DNA from: Tubiluchus corallicola
Taxonomy: Eukaryota > Animalia > Priapulida
Length of the DNA: 64,000 nucleotides
Direction: 5' to 3'
Assembly: GCA_030141605.1 (NCBI GenBank)
Contig: JAQGDQ010000411.1
Coordinates: 142,832-206,831 of the forward strand
The notes beneath the pieces are model-generated. The model was not told where the DNA came from, did no database searches, and saw only the letters and a list, made by a program, of their open reading frames with translations. The position numbers were made by a program, and so were the translations under genes. Below, piece after piece: positions 24,359 through 36,377 of this stretch (positions are counted from its first letter, which is position 1; each line of letters starts with the position of its first letter).

Positions 24359-24495
24359 GTAAGTGAAAAAATTATCATAATGTTGTCTGTAATGAAAAAC
24401 TCGGACGTTTCAGTATCTGTGTGCTGGTCGCTGTACATTTCAGTTTTGTTTGGCTTCTTTACTGGCTTCATTTGAGCATTTTGTTCGTTTTACAG

Positions 24496-25077
24496 GACGC
24501 TCAGGAAATGTTTGATGTAATTCTTGATGAAAATCAATTAGAAGACGCTTGCGAACACCTAGCAGAGTTTCTAGAAGCATACTGGAGAGCTGCCCACCCT
24601 CCAGCTCCGACGCGGAGTCCTACGCGCGACCCCAGGAGTCCTCCCACTCACCGCCGTACTGTGCCGCAGTCTCCCACTAGTCTGACCAGGACGCAGTCTT
24701 CACCGGTTTATCACAAGCGCGTGCATTCCGAGCGTCGTCCCATGCATCAGGAAAAGAAGCCAGTATCGCCACCTAGCAGGGAACATCATCACGAGAGCAG
24801 ACACCGCGAACATAAACATGATTCTCGTTCTCGTGATATCAGAGACTACGAGGGAGAAACTTACGATAACCGCGACACTAGGGTACACGGTGAATATGAT
24901 CATTATGATCGTGATTACGATTACGGATACGATGACCGATATCACAGAAACGATAAAAAGACCGAAATGCTAGAGTCAGAAAGACTATATCCTCGCCACC
25001 CATCACCAGCGAGTGGCCGAAGTGGCTTAAGGTATGGACGGTCAGCAGGGTCACCTGATCTCAGCATGTACAAGTGA
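24496..25077 (+). CDS. CACNB: Cav beta last coding exon: (DAQ)[27 protein letters not shown] plus low-complexity tail ending DLSMYK*
   Basis: TTTTACAG acceptor; [17 protein letters not shown] motif; TGA at 25075-25077. Confidence 0.97.
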   Translation, partial: DAQEMFDVILDENQLEDACEHLAEFLEAYWRAAHPPAPTRSPTRDPRSPPTHRRTVPQSPTSLTRTQSSPVYHKRVHSERRPMHQEKKPVSPPSREHHHESRHREHKHDSRSRDIRDYEGETYDNRDTRVHGEYDHYDRDYDYGYDDRYHRNDKKTEMLESERLYPRHPSPASGRSGLRYGRSAGSPDLSMYK

Positions 25078-25691
25078 CCAAGGGTCGTTCCGTCAGCTTC
25101 AGTCTGCACATGCCTTATACTCGGTGTGCTGGTGTTTAATATTATTGTTGTCGTTATTGTTGTTGTTGTTCTGCAAGCGACAACTTCACTTAGGTGTGCA
25201 TCGTTTCAACCAGCTTCTCTAGTGCATGGCTTCGTTGGCTTCGTTGCACGCTTACACGTTTGAATTCATGTCCAGACTTGCAGTGCAACGCTGTGCAAAG
25301 CATATTGTTTTAGTTTAGCTGACATTGTTTTGTTGGACGATTCAGAAATTATGATTATTTTTTGTTGATTGTGATGGTTATTATGTCTTGTTTGTTTATT
25401 GAATATTAATGTTCATATTGATGGACTTTGAGAGTACGGCCTCAGTATGCCGCCATAATATTCTGCTTATCACGGTAATAAGATGTAGACGATTTCGAAA
25501 TGTTAAATTTTGCCCGACTTTTTAATTCTGTTACTGTGGCTATGGAACAGCGCTTAGGAGACATTGTTGTACAGTAGGTTTAATAGTTATTTGTTAAAGC
25601 ATTATATTTTGTTGACACACCAGGTGTCACTAAAATCATTTAAAGAGAAAAGAAACCGAGTTGAATTATAAGTCGTTGGCTATGTCGTGAG

Positions 25692-26297
25692 CAGTGGTGT
25701 AGCAAGTGCTTGTGGCGCCCGGGGGGTGTTTTGATCATTTGTTTCGTGGGTGAAGCCACAAAATGTACGCGTTTTTTGCGTCCCTAATCCCGACTTTCCT
25801 TTTTCGACACGATGAGGTAAAGATAAACGAATTTTTTCTAAGGATCACCCTGAGTTTGATTTCTGGTACTGCAACAGAGTAGCTCTTTTCTATACATTAG
25901 TTGCTCATAACATGACAGTCATTAAACATTCAGCTCCAGCATTAAAACATGCAAAGATTATGAAAGATACAGAACACTACAGGTTTTCACAATAATACAA
26001 TCAGCATTTAAAGAAACGCCACTGTTTCTCTCAAAATTATTGATCTACTAAACCATACGACACCCTACACATGCCATTAAGTAACAACATTAGGCTCTAT
26101 GTAATAATTAGGTTAGCTACGATGATCTCTGACTAGACAATTTTGTTGTCGTTTGAAAACTTTTGCTAATTGTTTTGTTAATGTCCGATTAGTAATTAAT
26201 AATTAACAGTCATTGAACTGTAGAAGAATTTTGCGTGCTCTCACCCTTGCGATCAGAGGGCGATTGCCCCCATCTCTCCCACCTTGCTATGCCTCTG
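25692..26297. mobile_element. MITE family B (CAGTGGCGTAGC-like TIR, hAT-like), copy 1
   Basis: CAGTGGTGTAGC ... GCTATGCCTCTG; aligns with copies at 33187 and 54341 (inverted). Confidence 0.75.
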
Positions 26298-27124
26298 CTA
26301 ATGACTGCATCACACACTACGTTGCTAGGAAGAAATGAGATTGTATATTTGTTTAAGATGTGAATATTTTGTTTTTGTTTAGATATTTTGTGCTATATTT
26401 GGAATTGTCATGCTTATTTGTTACAATACTGTGTAAATATTTTTTAAGTAAAAAAACCCCATTTTAAATCATTTTGTGTGATAATCAGCCCTTTTATGAT
26501 CTATTTATATATCAAATGTATATATACATTATCAACGTATATTATCTGCTGTTATACCTAAGTGTTTATTCTAAACTTTAAAGTTTAAAATCTATTTTCT
26601 TCGGTAAATTGTTAAAAATTTTCATCGTGTAAGGAAGTCCGATTTCTGTCAGTTTGAAAATGCTGTAAGATGTTACGGAAGCTCACAAGTGCTGTTGATG
26701 TTTTAAATTCTGAATACTATTCCGAATTTTGCAACTTGTTTTAAAATCTTTGTTGTTCTTTCCTCTCTTCCACTTTACCACAAATTTTCATTTCCTGTGA
26801 ATTTACGGTGTTTTTTGAACTAGTTCCTCAATTCTGTTAACGTGTCAAATGTTTGAGAAGTTAAAAAATTATCACTGTTTTTCAAAGTTTGATTTGATTT
26901 CCTTTGTACAAATCTGGAGATGGTACTGCACCTGTCAAAGCGATGAAATGTGATTCTGTATCAAATTAGTGCATCCTCTATATTAAAATTATGACATTAT
27001 TATGTATAACATTCATTTTATGATTAACAAATTATTAAAATGTGATACTAGTGACTTGAGCTGGGCCATTAGAGATATTAGTAAAGATGATACGGTCCTC
27101 TGTACAGAAATGATAGGCTCACAT

Positions 27125-27540
27125 CATTTTCACAGTTTCGTTGTGCAGCAGTTGCTGTAGGTCGAAGATTAAGTGTACCAATGCGTCTTAACTACAAATG
27201 TCACGTGACGTGTGGGTAAAGCAAAGCTGTCTGCACTGCATCAGTTTAGTACAGATACAGAAATGGTAGGCTCTGTTCTTCTGTATTTCTGTTCAGTAGC
27301 TTCAGTTGTTTTACGTGGATTTTTCTTGATTATGCATTAGTCTGTGCATGGAGTGATTGACTAGCAGGATCTTGCTTGGAAACAAGAAAACATGAAGTAG
27401 GCATGGTTCTAGCTAGCCGTTAAAACTGTTACTATTACAACAGCATGGGCGTGCGAGACATTGTCAGGTCTACAAATCTGGTACACATAACCTTTGACCT
27501 TTTGATAATCACCATCAATCGCTGAAACTGTGAAGAGACT
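27125..27540. mobile_element. MITE family A, copy 2 (inverted)
   Basis: CTAGCAGGATCTTGCTTGGAAACAAGAAAA is the reverse complement of the core at 9330 and 63545. Confidence 0.7.
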
Positions 27541-28097
27541 CATTGTCTGCGCTAGACTTACTATTAAGTAAAGGATAAGAAACGAATACAGGTTGTTCCA
27601 GAAGACATCGTGCAATAGAAATATACTAAGGTGTGTGTACAAGGTGTTCCGAAACAAAAGATAGGCTTGATATGTGCTTATACTGAAATGTCATTGGAAT
27701 GAAAAACCAGGTTTCAAGGTCAAGTTATGCACAGTAACATTTCTTTATGAATTAATCTGTATATTTCTACTGTACTTTTTCTAGTATACTTTGTGCGATG
27801 TCTACAAAAAGAATTATCAGCTCTAGTAAAATTTAAAATTCTGTATAGGGATATTTGTATTTTTAAAATTAATTATGACATAGGCCTTCTTCATATAATT
27901 GTCACTATAGACAGGTCTGCAAACACGAATTCCTTGTCATTTTCTGAATTTATTGAGACAAAGAACAAATCAGACATTTTGGGGGAAATGGACTTTAAGA
28001 TTGTCAGCGTTGCCATAATCACTTTGACTTGACTTCTTAATATTGTTTTACTTGAGAAATTATTACTACTTTCTTCCACAGTAGTTGGAAATTTGTA

Positions 28098-28103
28098 AAT
28101 AAA
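28098..28103 (+). terminator. Candidate poly(A) signal of CACNB (would imply a ~3-kb 3' UTR)
   Basis: First AATAAA I noticed after the stop, followed by TTGATTTGTTGTTGTGT; earlier ATTAAA variants exist. Confidence 0.4.
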
Positions 28104-28410
28104 ATATTTTTATCATAAAAACGAGTTGATTTGTTGTTGTGTAATCATCATTTTTATTTTTTACTAGGGCTGTAACTGACGAGTTCTAGGGTATAATTAA
28201 GCTAACGAGTAGATTGCTTTAACTTGATAGAAAAATACAACTTTATTCAAGTTTTGCCCAACGAAAAAATCAACTGAAAAACTGACAAAAAAACACGCAA
28301 TGCCCAAAATCTTTTGCCTTAGATCACTTGTAAAAATATGTGCTGCTTACAGTAAAATACGAAACGAAACACAACAGTAACGATACACTTAAGTCATGAT
28401 ACGATACCTA

Positions 28411-28745
28411 GTCCTCAACTCAACTAGAAATTCAACTTGGTCCTCAACTCAACTAGAAATTCAACTTGGTCCTTAACTCAACTAGATATTCAACTTGGTC
28501 CTCAACTCAACTAGAGATTCAACTTGGTCCTCAACTCAACTAGAAATTCAACTTGGTCCTCAACTCAACTAGAAATTCAACTTGGTCCTCAACTCAACTA
28601 GAAATTCAACTTGGTCCTCAACTCAACTAGAAATTCAACTTGGTCCTCAATTCAACTAGAAATTCAACTTGGTCCTCAACTCAACTAGAAATTCAACTTG
28701 ATCCTCAACTCAACTAGAAATTCAACTTGGTCCTCAACTCAACTA
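28411..28745. repeat. 29-bp minisatellite (TCCTCAACTCAACTAGAAATTCAACTTGG), ~11 copies
   Basis: Near-perfect tandem units. Confidence 0.96.
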
Positions 28746-31700
28746 AAGTCTTAACTCACTCGGTACAAATGAAATGTGATTGGAAGCCACAGTGTTGGAA
28801 GCCAGTTCATAAGGAAGCCCGCCTTTAGCTGTAGCAGACTGCCACAAAAGTGACAAAACATCTCATAAAACGGAACGAAATATCCAAAAAAATCGGACAC
28901 GTTAATTCAAAATGAAAATCTAAATGAAAAAGAAATGAAATAATGTTGGTATCTGTCACTAGTAAAACGCAATACAAGACAAGACGAAAATTACTTACTC
29001 AAAGAAACAGAATAAAATGAAATTCAAAGAAACCAGTGCCAGAAGCACCAAGAAGCATAGCCTTTGATGTTGTTCAAGCATACTTCACTAGAAAAAGGCA
29101 CTGAAAAAAGGCTTTAAAAATCACTTGCGCAAAAGATGGGTCTCAAGAAAAGATAAACACGTTCAATCGTTTGGAAGTAAGAGACACATCTGTAAGAGCG
29201 TTGTTATGGGATATGATTATTTCGTTTGTTATATCAAGCTAGGAGACATCGTTGCCTTGCATCCTGTTATGTCATCAATGACCGTATGACGCCGATATTA
29301 AACCAATCATGTTCATTTCTCTTCAACAAAATGGCACTGCTCTTAACTTCAATGTTCTAGGTATGAATCTTCCACGAACTGGGGGATTGGGAAAATTGGG
29401 TTACCGCAAAAGTATTTTTTCCATCTTTGTTGGTCAATATTAACAAAATTGTATCTACCATAATTCTGAGGCCAGAAGATATGCTTGGCGATCGAAGTTA
29501 AGCAATAAGACTGGCCGGTTGAGAATGGATCGGTGGTCCCAAATGTCATAATCTGGCCCTGCCCTTAATAAAGCTTGAAAAAATTCGTTTTCAAATTTTA
29601 AAAGAAATACATATGGTTCTATTCTGCAAAGACCTTGCGTTAGTAAAACTTGTAAAATTAAGCTTCATCCCGCTTGTTATCTCCAAATCTTGAAGTCAAG
29701 TTGTACACAAAACAGCTGCAGTTAGTTTGAATACTAGAACATCGAGTTTCTAAGCATCAAGGCTTTTTGCTAATTGCTCAGGATTTTCAGTTGCATGTCC
29801 AACAATCGGAAACGAAGACTAAGCTTCAAATTGTCTTCATCAAACAGCAAACAGCATTTTAACTGAAAAGCGAAAATCGCAATAGTAAAATAAAATGATT
29901 AATTTTACAAATTCCTTAATTTATGCTTTACAATTACAATTAATAATTAAATACACTATTAGTATAATATGTGTTGTAAATTTTGGATACCGTGTGGGCC
30001 AAAAAATTATATTTACCGAAATATCTTTCAATAAAAAGTTAAGTTTTTTGAGTTGGATATAAAACGTTTCCTAAAATAGAGGGGAAACTCTCCCCACTTC
30101 CTCTTTTGACCCAACCTCTGAGAGTCGACCAATATTGCTGGCTAAGGTTTTTGGGTGAAGCAGAGGTAAATATTTACGAAGTTCTGAATATGCACTGATT
30201 ATTTAAGTATAATGTCAGTGCAGTTATCACAGTCTGTGCATCTTGAGTGTATTATAACCGTTATATGTCTGTTAATAGTTATTTTAATTTAATCCAATAA
30301 CAATAGACTAAAAATGGTGATAAAATGGCAAACTAGAAAATCTACATAGCATAAAAAAACTGCTCAAGGTACAGTACTTTAGAGACACTTTGTACAGATC
30401 AGCATAGCGTGCATACTAAATGTCTTAAATACTTTAATAAATTATCAACAGTTGCAAAATGAAGCACATTTTATGCTTTTGTTGTTTTTTTAAAAAAAGT
30501 CGGACTTTGTTTTTTTGCACATGACAAAGAATGTTGTGTATCCTACAGCATACATTGGGAACAAACGGTTGTAATTCACGTTCGTAATAATAGACACAGG
30601 AATAGACACACCTACTGAACAAAAGTACTAAGCCAAAAAAATTTTTCTTATTAAAAAAATAATTTGGGACTGAAAGGCTTAACTAAAGTTGCTACAGCCA
30701 AACCTCTAGATGATTGGCAATTTTTTGCAAGTCACACACATTTATTTTGCCACGCAAACATTCTCCTGCTCACAGAATTTCATCTTTTACACAAAAGTTT
30801 GGAGTTTTAGTTCTTTCAAGAATTGTTTGCAGTTGCGACCACTTGGTTATTTACTAAATCGCGAACAGACACAGGTGATTTTGAGCGTTTTGCAGTTAGA
30901 GCAAAAAATTAATGATGAATTCACAACAACATTAAACTCAATGTCATTAAAAGAAGGATTGAACTGCAAAATGTGAAGTTCATTGTCATCTCTTATGCAA
31001 TGCAGACCGTGCTGTTTGACGAAATCCCTGCCCAATAATTCTGTTGCAAAGATATGAAAACTTAGAGGAGAAATTCCCTGAAATGTTTGTAACTTATCAG
31101 GAAAAGATGTGTGTTCCTGACTAGTGACACGGTTTGATATAACCTTCCTCGGCTTTGCGAAAGTTTGTGGTTTCACAGAATCCGGAGAGTTAGGAAAGAG
31201 AGGAGGGTCGGCCGTGGCTTTTAACTTTTTTTGGGCGCGACACTGGGCCAATGCAAAGAACATACCCTAATAGGCCGTGCTATCGCCTCCTTCTGTATCT
31301 TGTTTGGTAGCATTGCTAGCCAACTATCCAACTCTTTGTCTTCCACCGGAAACCAGTATACCATTATCTTGCAAAATACAATTTGGATATGAACAGCATG
31401 ACAATGGCAACAAAAAAACCAAAACGTCTCATCACGTCAGTTACGAGTCTTGTCTTACAGCAACGTTTACAGCAACTATTTTTTTGAATTAGATTTGCTA
31501 CACACACTATAATTAGTAGTAAATATGTAAATTCTGCATAATTCGGACTAGATTTGTCATTAGTGAAGTTTAGGTTAGGCTAAATGCTATGCTGTACGAT
31601 GTAGCATTTCTTACTCTGCTTTTCTAAATTCCTAGCTGGTAAGAAGTACCCGGTAATCTACTAATAAATTGTATTATGTTTCGCAGATCTTTTAAATTTT

Positions 31701-32327
31701 TCCTTAATTAGTATTATGATGTCAGTTGCAATTGTAATTTATGTGCAACTGCTAGAGATTCAAGGCTGGCAGGCTGCCAACAGATTCTGCTAATTGATAA
31801 TTGGGCCCTGCTAACTGACATCCAGTAATGATATACACGGTCAGTAACTAAAAATGCATTTCACTCACAGATAGCGCGTGTTGTGAAAAGACAATTTAAG
31901 CAAAGTCTACTACATATATCGTATAGAAAAATTACTCATGGACAGACATGCACTATCACTCAGTACTACAGTAATGCTAAACAACGTCAAAGGAAATCTT
32001 AGCAATAACTTACCTTTTCTTTTACTAAATCGCAATTCGATTTGCAGTAGCCAACACCACACTTTCTAGGCATTGTTGCACTTACTATACTTTGTATAGC
32101 AGCATAACATTATTCAGACAACAAATTTAGCAGAAAACACTTTCTTGTCGCCTGCTGAAAACAAGCGGCACTTACATGACACCACCTCTAGTTCTTTTAG
32201 ACAATGGTAGACCAGCCTACCTATTGTTTGCCACAGATCGTGAGCGCGCCGTCCCGCGTTTTTTCACTGTACATTAGTAGTCCCTGATTCGTAGCGTACA
32301 GTTTGGTAATTTTTTTCGTCCAATGAA

Positions 32328-32795
32328 TCATACGTCCAGGGACATGATTCTGCTCACCTCCCTATGCCAAAACTCCCTGCTCGCCACAATGCCCCAAGTG
32401 GATTTATTTCTAAGGATCAATGCTGAAGTGTTTAAATATTTCTGTGCAAAATCAAAATATGTTAACATTTGTCCTCCTGCAGGTTTTTTAGCTGGTTCTA
32501 TGGCTTGTTGAAGAGCTATCTTCACTGGAACATCATCAGGTAGTCTAAGCATATGCCCAATCCATATTAAACGGCGTCTTTTTATTTTCCTTGTCCAAGG
32601 TTCTTCTTTTATTTTTTCATATAGATGTTTGTTTGAAATTTTCTTTAGCCATCTAATACCCAAAATGTTTCTGTAATTTCGCCTTTGAAACGCATCGATT
32701 TCAGCTTTATGATTTGCTTTTAATGTCCAGAGCTCAGAGTTACACAGAAATACAGTTTCAACTAAGGCTGAGAATATTCTAATTTTTGTTTTCAA
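32328..32795 (-). mobile_element. RTE-like LINE ORF2 3' fragment (5'-truncated)
   Basis: KIRIF.ALV..VFL..SELWTL...IDAFQRR..R.ILGIRW...ISN..LY...IKRRRL.WIGH.LR is the typical post-RT region. Confidence 0.88.
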
Positions 32796-33186
32796 AGAAA
32801 TCTTCGGTAATTATTCAAATATTGTCATTAAAATCAACATTGTATTTTTTCTGAATCAGTGGTGGTATGGCGATGCAGTACCGTTTTACTAGGTGGCGTG
32901 AATATTTTAAATGTATGAAGAATTTTCGTTTCTTTTGGATACAGAAAACGACATAAGACATCTTCAGCAAGAAGAAGCAGCCAGTTAATTTTCAACGGAA
33001 TCTCTCAGTTATATTAATGATTAATAACGAAAAGATTTGCAAACTTGATGCCGTGTTTTAACTGTTTAACTCTACCATACGTATTATAATAAGCTCTTTA
33101 TTTTACATCTTAAGTCTTTCCCCTTGTGAAAATTTTCTAAAATTACACTTGTAAGGGCGCCAGCAACCATAGGGCGGGCCCTGTGT

Positions 33187-33815
33187 CAGTGGCGCAGTAA
33201 GTACTTGTGGTGCCCAGGGGCAAAAAGACTTCTGGCGCCCCACCCTTTTAACATTTTGATCGTTTGCTTCGTGGGTGAAGCCACGTTTTTTGCTTCCTGA
33301 GAGGCTGAGCCCCACCTTCCTTTTTCGACATGATGGGATAAAGTTGAACGAATTTTTTTCTAAGAATCACCCTGAGTTTGATTTGCGGTACTACACTAGA
33401 ATAACTCTTTTCTGCTCACTGGTTTAGGAAAGTTGCTGATAACAAGACAGTCGTTAAAAATTCAGCCCCAGCATTAAAACGTGGAAAGATTATTAAAAAT
33501 ACAGAACACTACAGGTTCTCACAATAATACAATCGGAATATTGCCACTGTTTCCTTAAAAAATATCGATATGCTAAGCCACACTTCACCCACACACCCCA
33601 TTAAATAAAAACATTAGCCTTTTTTCTAGGCTGGTCGTAGTAATTAATTAACTACGACAATCTCTAAGTAAATGATTATGGTATACGTAGTTTTAAAAAT
33701 TTTGTTAACAGCTAATGTCGGATCAGTAACTAAAAATTAGCAGTCATTAATCTCTAGAAGAATTTTGCGCCCTCTCACACTCGCACCCGATTGCCCCCCC
33801 CCCCCCTGCTCTGGA
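33187..33815. mobile_element. MITE family B, copy 2
   Basis: CAGTGGCGCAGTAAGTACTTGTGGTGCCC; interior matches 25692-26297. Confidence 0.72.
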
Positions 33816-34822
33816 TATATTTTTCATGAAGGTGATAGGAGACGGGAAAAAGATGGTCAACATTCCTTTAAGACATTCTCTAACAATTACAATTACATAC
33901 TTTGCCTAAACAAACTTTTACATTACGTGTATGCCTACGAAAGGTGCAGGAAAAAACTATTTTGAGCACTTTGCCTGGTTTGTTCCATAAAATGCTTGCG
34001 CATTCTGTAGAGCGCTCACGTTTCACAATTGTCATGGAAAAACAAATTTTTGTTAAAAGTTTCAACGATTTGCAAGAGATGGCGCAACGATTCAACTCTT
34101 GGTCCTGATCCAATCTGCATTATGCGAAAAGTTAAAAAGCTGAAGGCCCAATTGTAGCACTATTGTTCTAATACTAAATCATAATTAGGGATTTTTCATA
34201 CTGTTCACTATGCACACACAGTGATATTATTCTCAGTGCAAACCAGTGAAATATAATCATGATTTTCAACAAAGAACAGAAACAAAACAAATTACTACAC
34301 AGAAATATTTTTTTTATTTTTGCATATATATATATGCAATTAAAAGTACTAAATACAAAGAAATGCTACGTATTTTCATAATATTTATAGTAAAATTTAC
34401 ACTTCAAGAATATCACATATCGGTACATATTTAAATAAGAAAGGTCACACTGTAAAATTTTATAAGTAAATCGGTTTTCATACAGACACACTAAATTTAA
34501 ATATATATAAATCAGTACATAGGAATAATTATGATTTGGCTGCTCAAAAAAATATTTAGTCCCTAAAATTGCATACAAGCTGACCTATTCGCTTACCCTT
34601 CATTAAAATCACTAAAAACAATCATTAATAGACAAGAGGCCAGTAGATCAACGTGTTTAGTATGTTTAATATATTTATGTTACATACTTGCAATTCATCT
34701 ATATTCACAAAAGTAATAGAATAAAATGTTTTCGTCGGCAGTTATTTTATTATATGATTATTAGCAACCATGCGTTCACTGCTAACTATTACAAAACAAA
34801 ACAGGATTAAAAACGAAGAAAA

Positions 34823-34868
<46 letters not shown>

Positions 34869-35667
34869 TTCCTTTGTTTGCGATAATAATCTTTAATTGC
34901 CATAAAAAAATCGATATTCATAACTATCAAAGCATAAAAGAACATCGCAGCATGAGAATAAAATTCACACAACTGTTAAAGGCAAATGCGTCCAGTGCAA
35001 ACTAAAAACTACTGTGCCAAAAATTTAAAACAAAATATACATTATAATATTATACAGAAATTATAATAGACTATATACAATATATACATATATTGATGCG
35101 TACCCAGTATAATACACCTGAATACCTTTCCTATGTCGTAAAGTTCCTTTACTTTATCCCAATCTCTAATTCTGGCCCAAAAATGAAATGAGTCACAACA
35201 ACTGCCAAAAAAATTGCACACACTTAAATGCAAGATTAAATATTTTATTGCACATGCGCATAAGGGCTGCCTTAATTAGCAAGCTTAGTTTAGAGAAACA
35301 ATTTTTGTGAGAATGCTAGCTGGATTATAGAGCTAGGCTTACGTTAAATACATAAAAAAGCAGAATCTTCATGCTTCTGATTGATTCTCTTTGATTTTGT
35401 TGTTATAATAGCACTAGCCTGGATTTCAACCTTTTTCCAGATAATCAGTCTACTTTAGGAAATCATTAAGCTGTTTGAGGAAAAATGCTCTACCATTAGC
35501 CCATGTTGTTTTTCTCATTAGCATAGTCCCAGATCTATTCTGGCCAAATGTGCTGAAGCTTTGAGAGTTCAAAAGCTTACAATTATATTATGTAAATACA
35601 ACTAATGCATGGTAGGATTTGTCGTGTACTCTTAACTTAACGTATCTTAACTACACCCTTGCTCTGT

Positions 35668-36010
35668 GTGAAAGCTTATCGAATTTTAATAAAAACTATC
35701 ACTGTCAGATTCAGCTTTCGAACTAGATTTCAACAGGATGTTGGTCGTTAAAACTCAATCAAACCAACCAAAAATAAAGTTGATTTTTTGGTTCGTCTTA
35801 TTCACAGGATTTACCAGGAGGGCAAATTTACCTACAATGGTTACTATAGCAACCGGAAGCATAATAACGCAAAAGTTGGGAGTGACGCAACGAACTCTGA
35901 TTGGTCCTGAGCAACAGCCGAGGGTTCTATGACGTAACTCTACGCGACATTCAATTAGTTTTCATGCGAGACAAGCAACAAGAAAACTGCGTTTTTTATT
36001 TAGTGATATA
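35668..36010 (+). promoter_or_regulatory. Putative promoter of unknown gene family, copy 1
   Basis: CCGGAAG (ETS-like), ATTGG (CCAAT) and TGACGTAA (CRE-like) just upstream of an ATG; near-identical to 41915-42250. Confidence 0.55.
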
Positions 36011-36012
36011 AA

Positions 36013-36120
36013 ATGATACCACGGCGAATTAATATCATACCGCCACCTGCATAATCTCCTCCAAAGTTCAAGTACAACGTTAAACCACAAAATGGAGGAG
36101 AACATCGTTCTAGGAACGAA
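36013..36120 (+). pseudogene. Unknown gene family copy 1, first exon MIPRRINIIPPPA*SPPKFKYNVKPQNGGEHRSRNE
   Basis: ATG to GTAAGT; peptide aligns with copy 2; in-frame TAA at 36052; downstream exons not found. Confidence 0.55.
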
Positions 36121-36377
36121 GTAAGTTAAATTTTAATATCTTTAATGTGTGTGCAGTTACCAGAAAATTTCAGCTCATTCAGTGTTACGTTAGTAATGAG
36201 AAAAATTATCGCCATTATATGGCTATTACGTCTATTGTAGACATACTATAGAAAAAAGCCTGCCCTCAAGATAGGTAAACACAGTAGAAATCCAGCAGAA
36301 ATCTGTAGTATCGTCACTGTATAATGTCACATGACCATTACGTCATCTAGTTAGTAAAAAGCATGTCAGCAAGAGAG

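Noticed and set aside
30700-31270. ORFs 30710-30976 and 30847-31263
   Set aside because: No splice context or clear motif; at most a very decayed DNA-transposon remnant.
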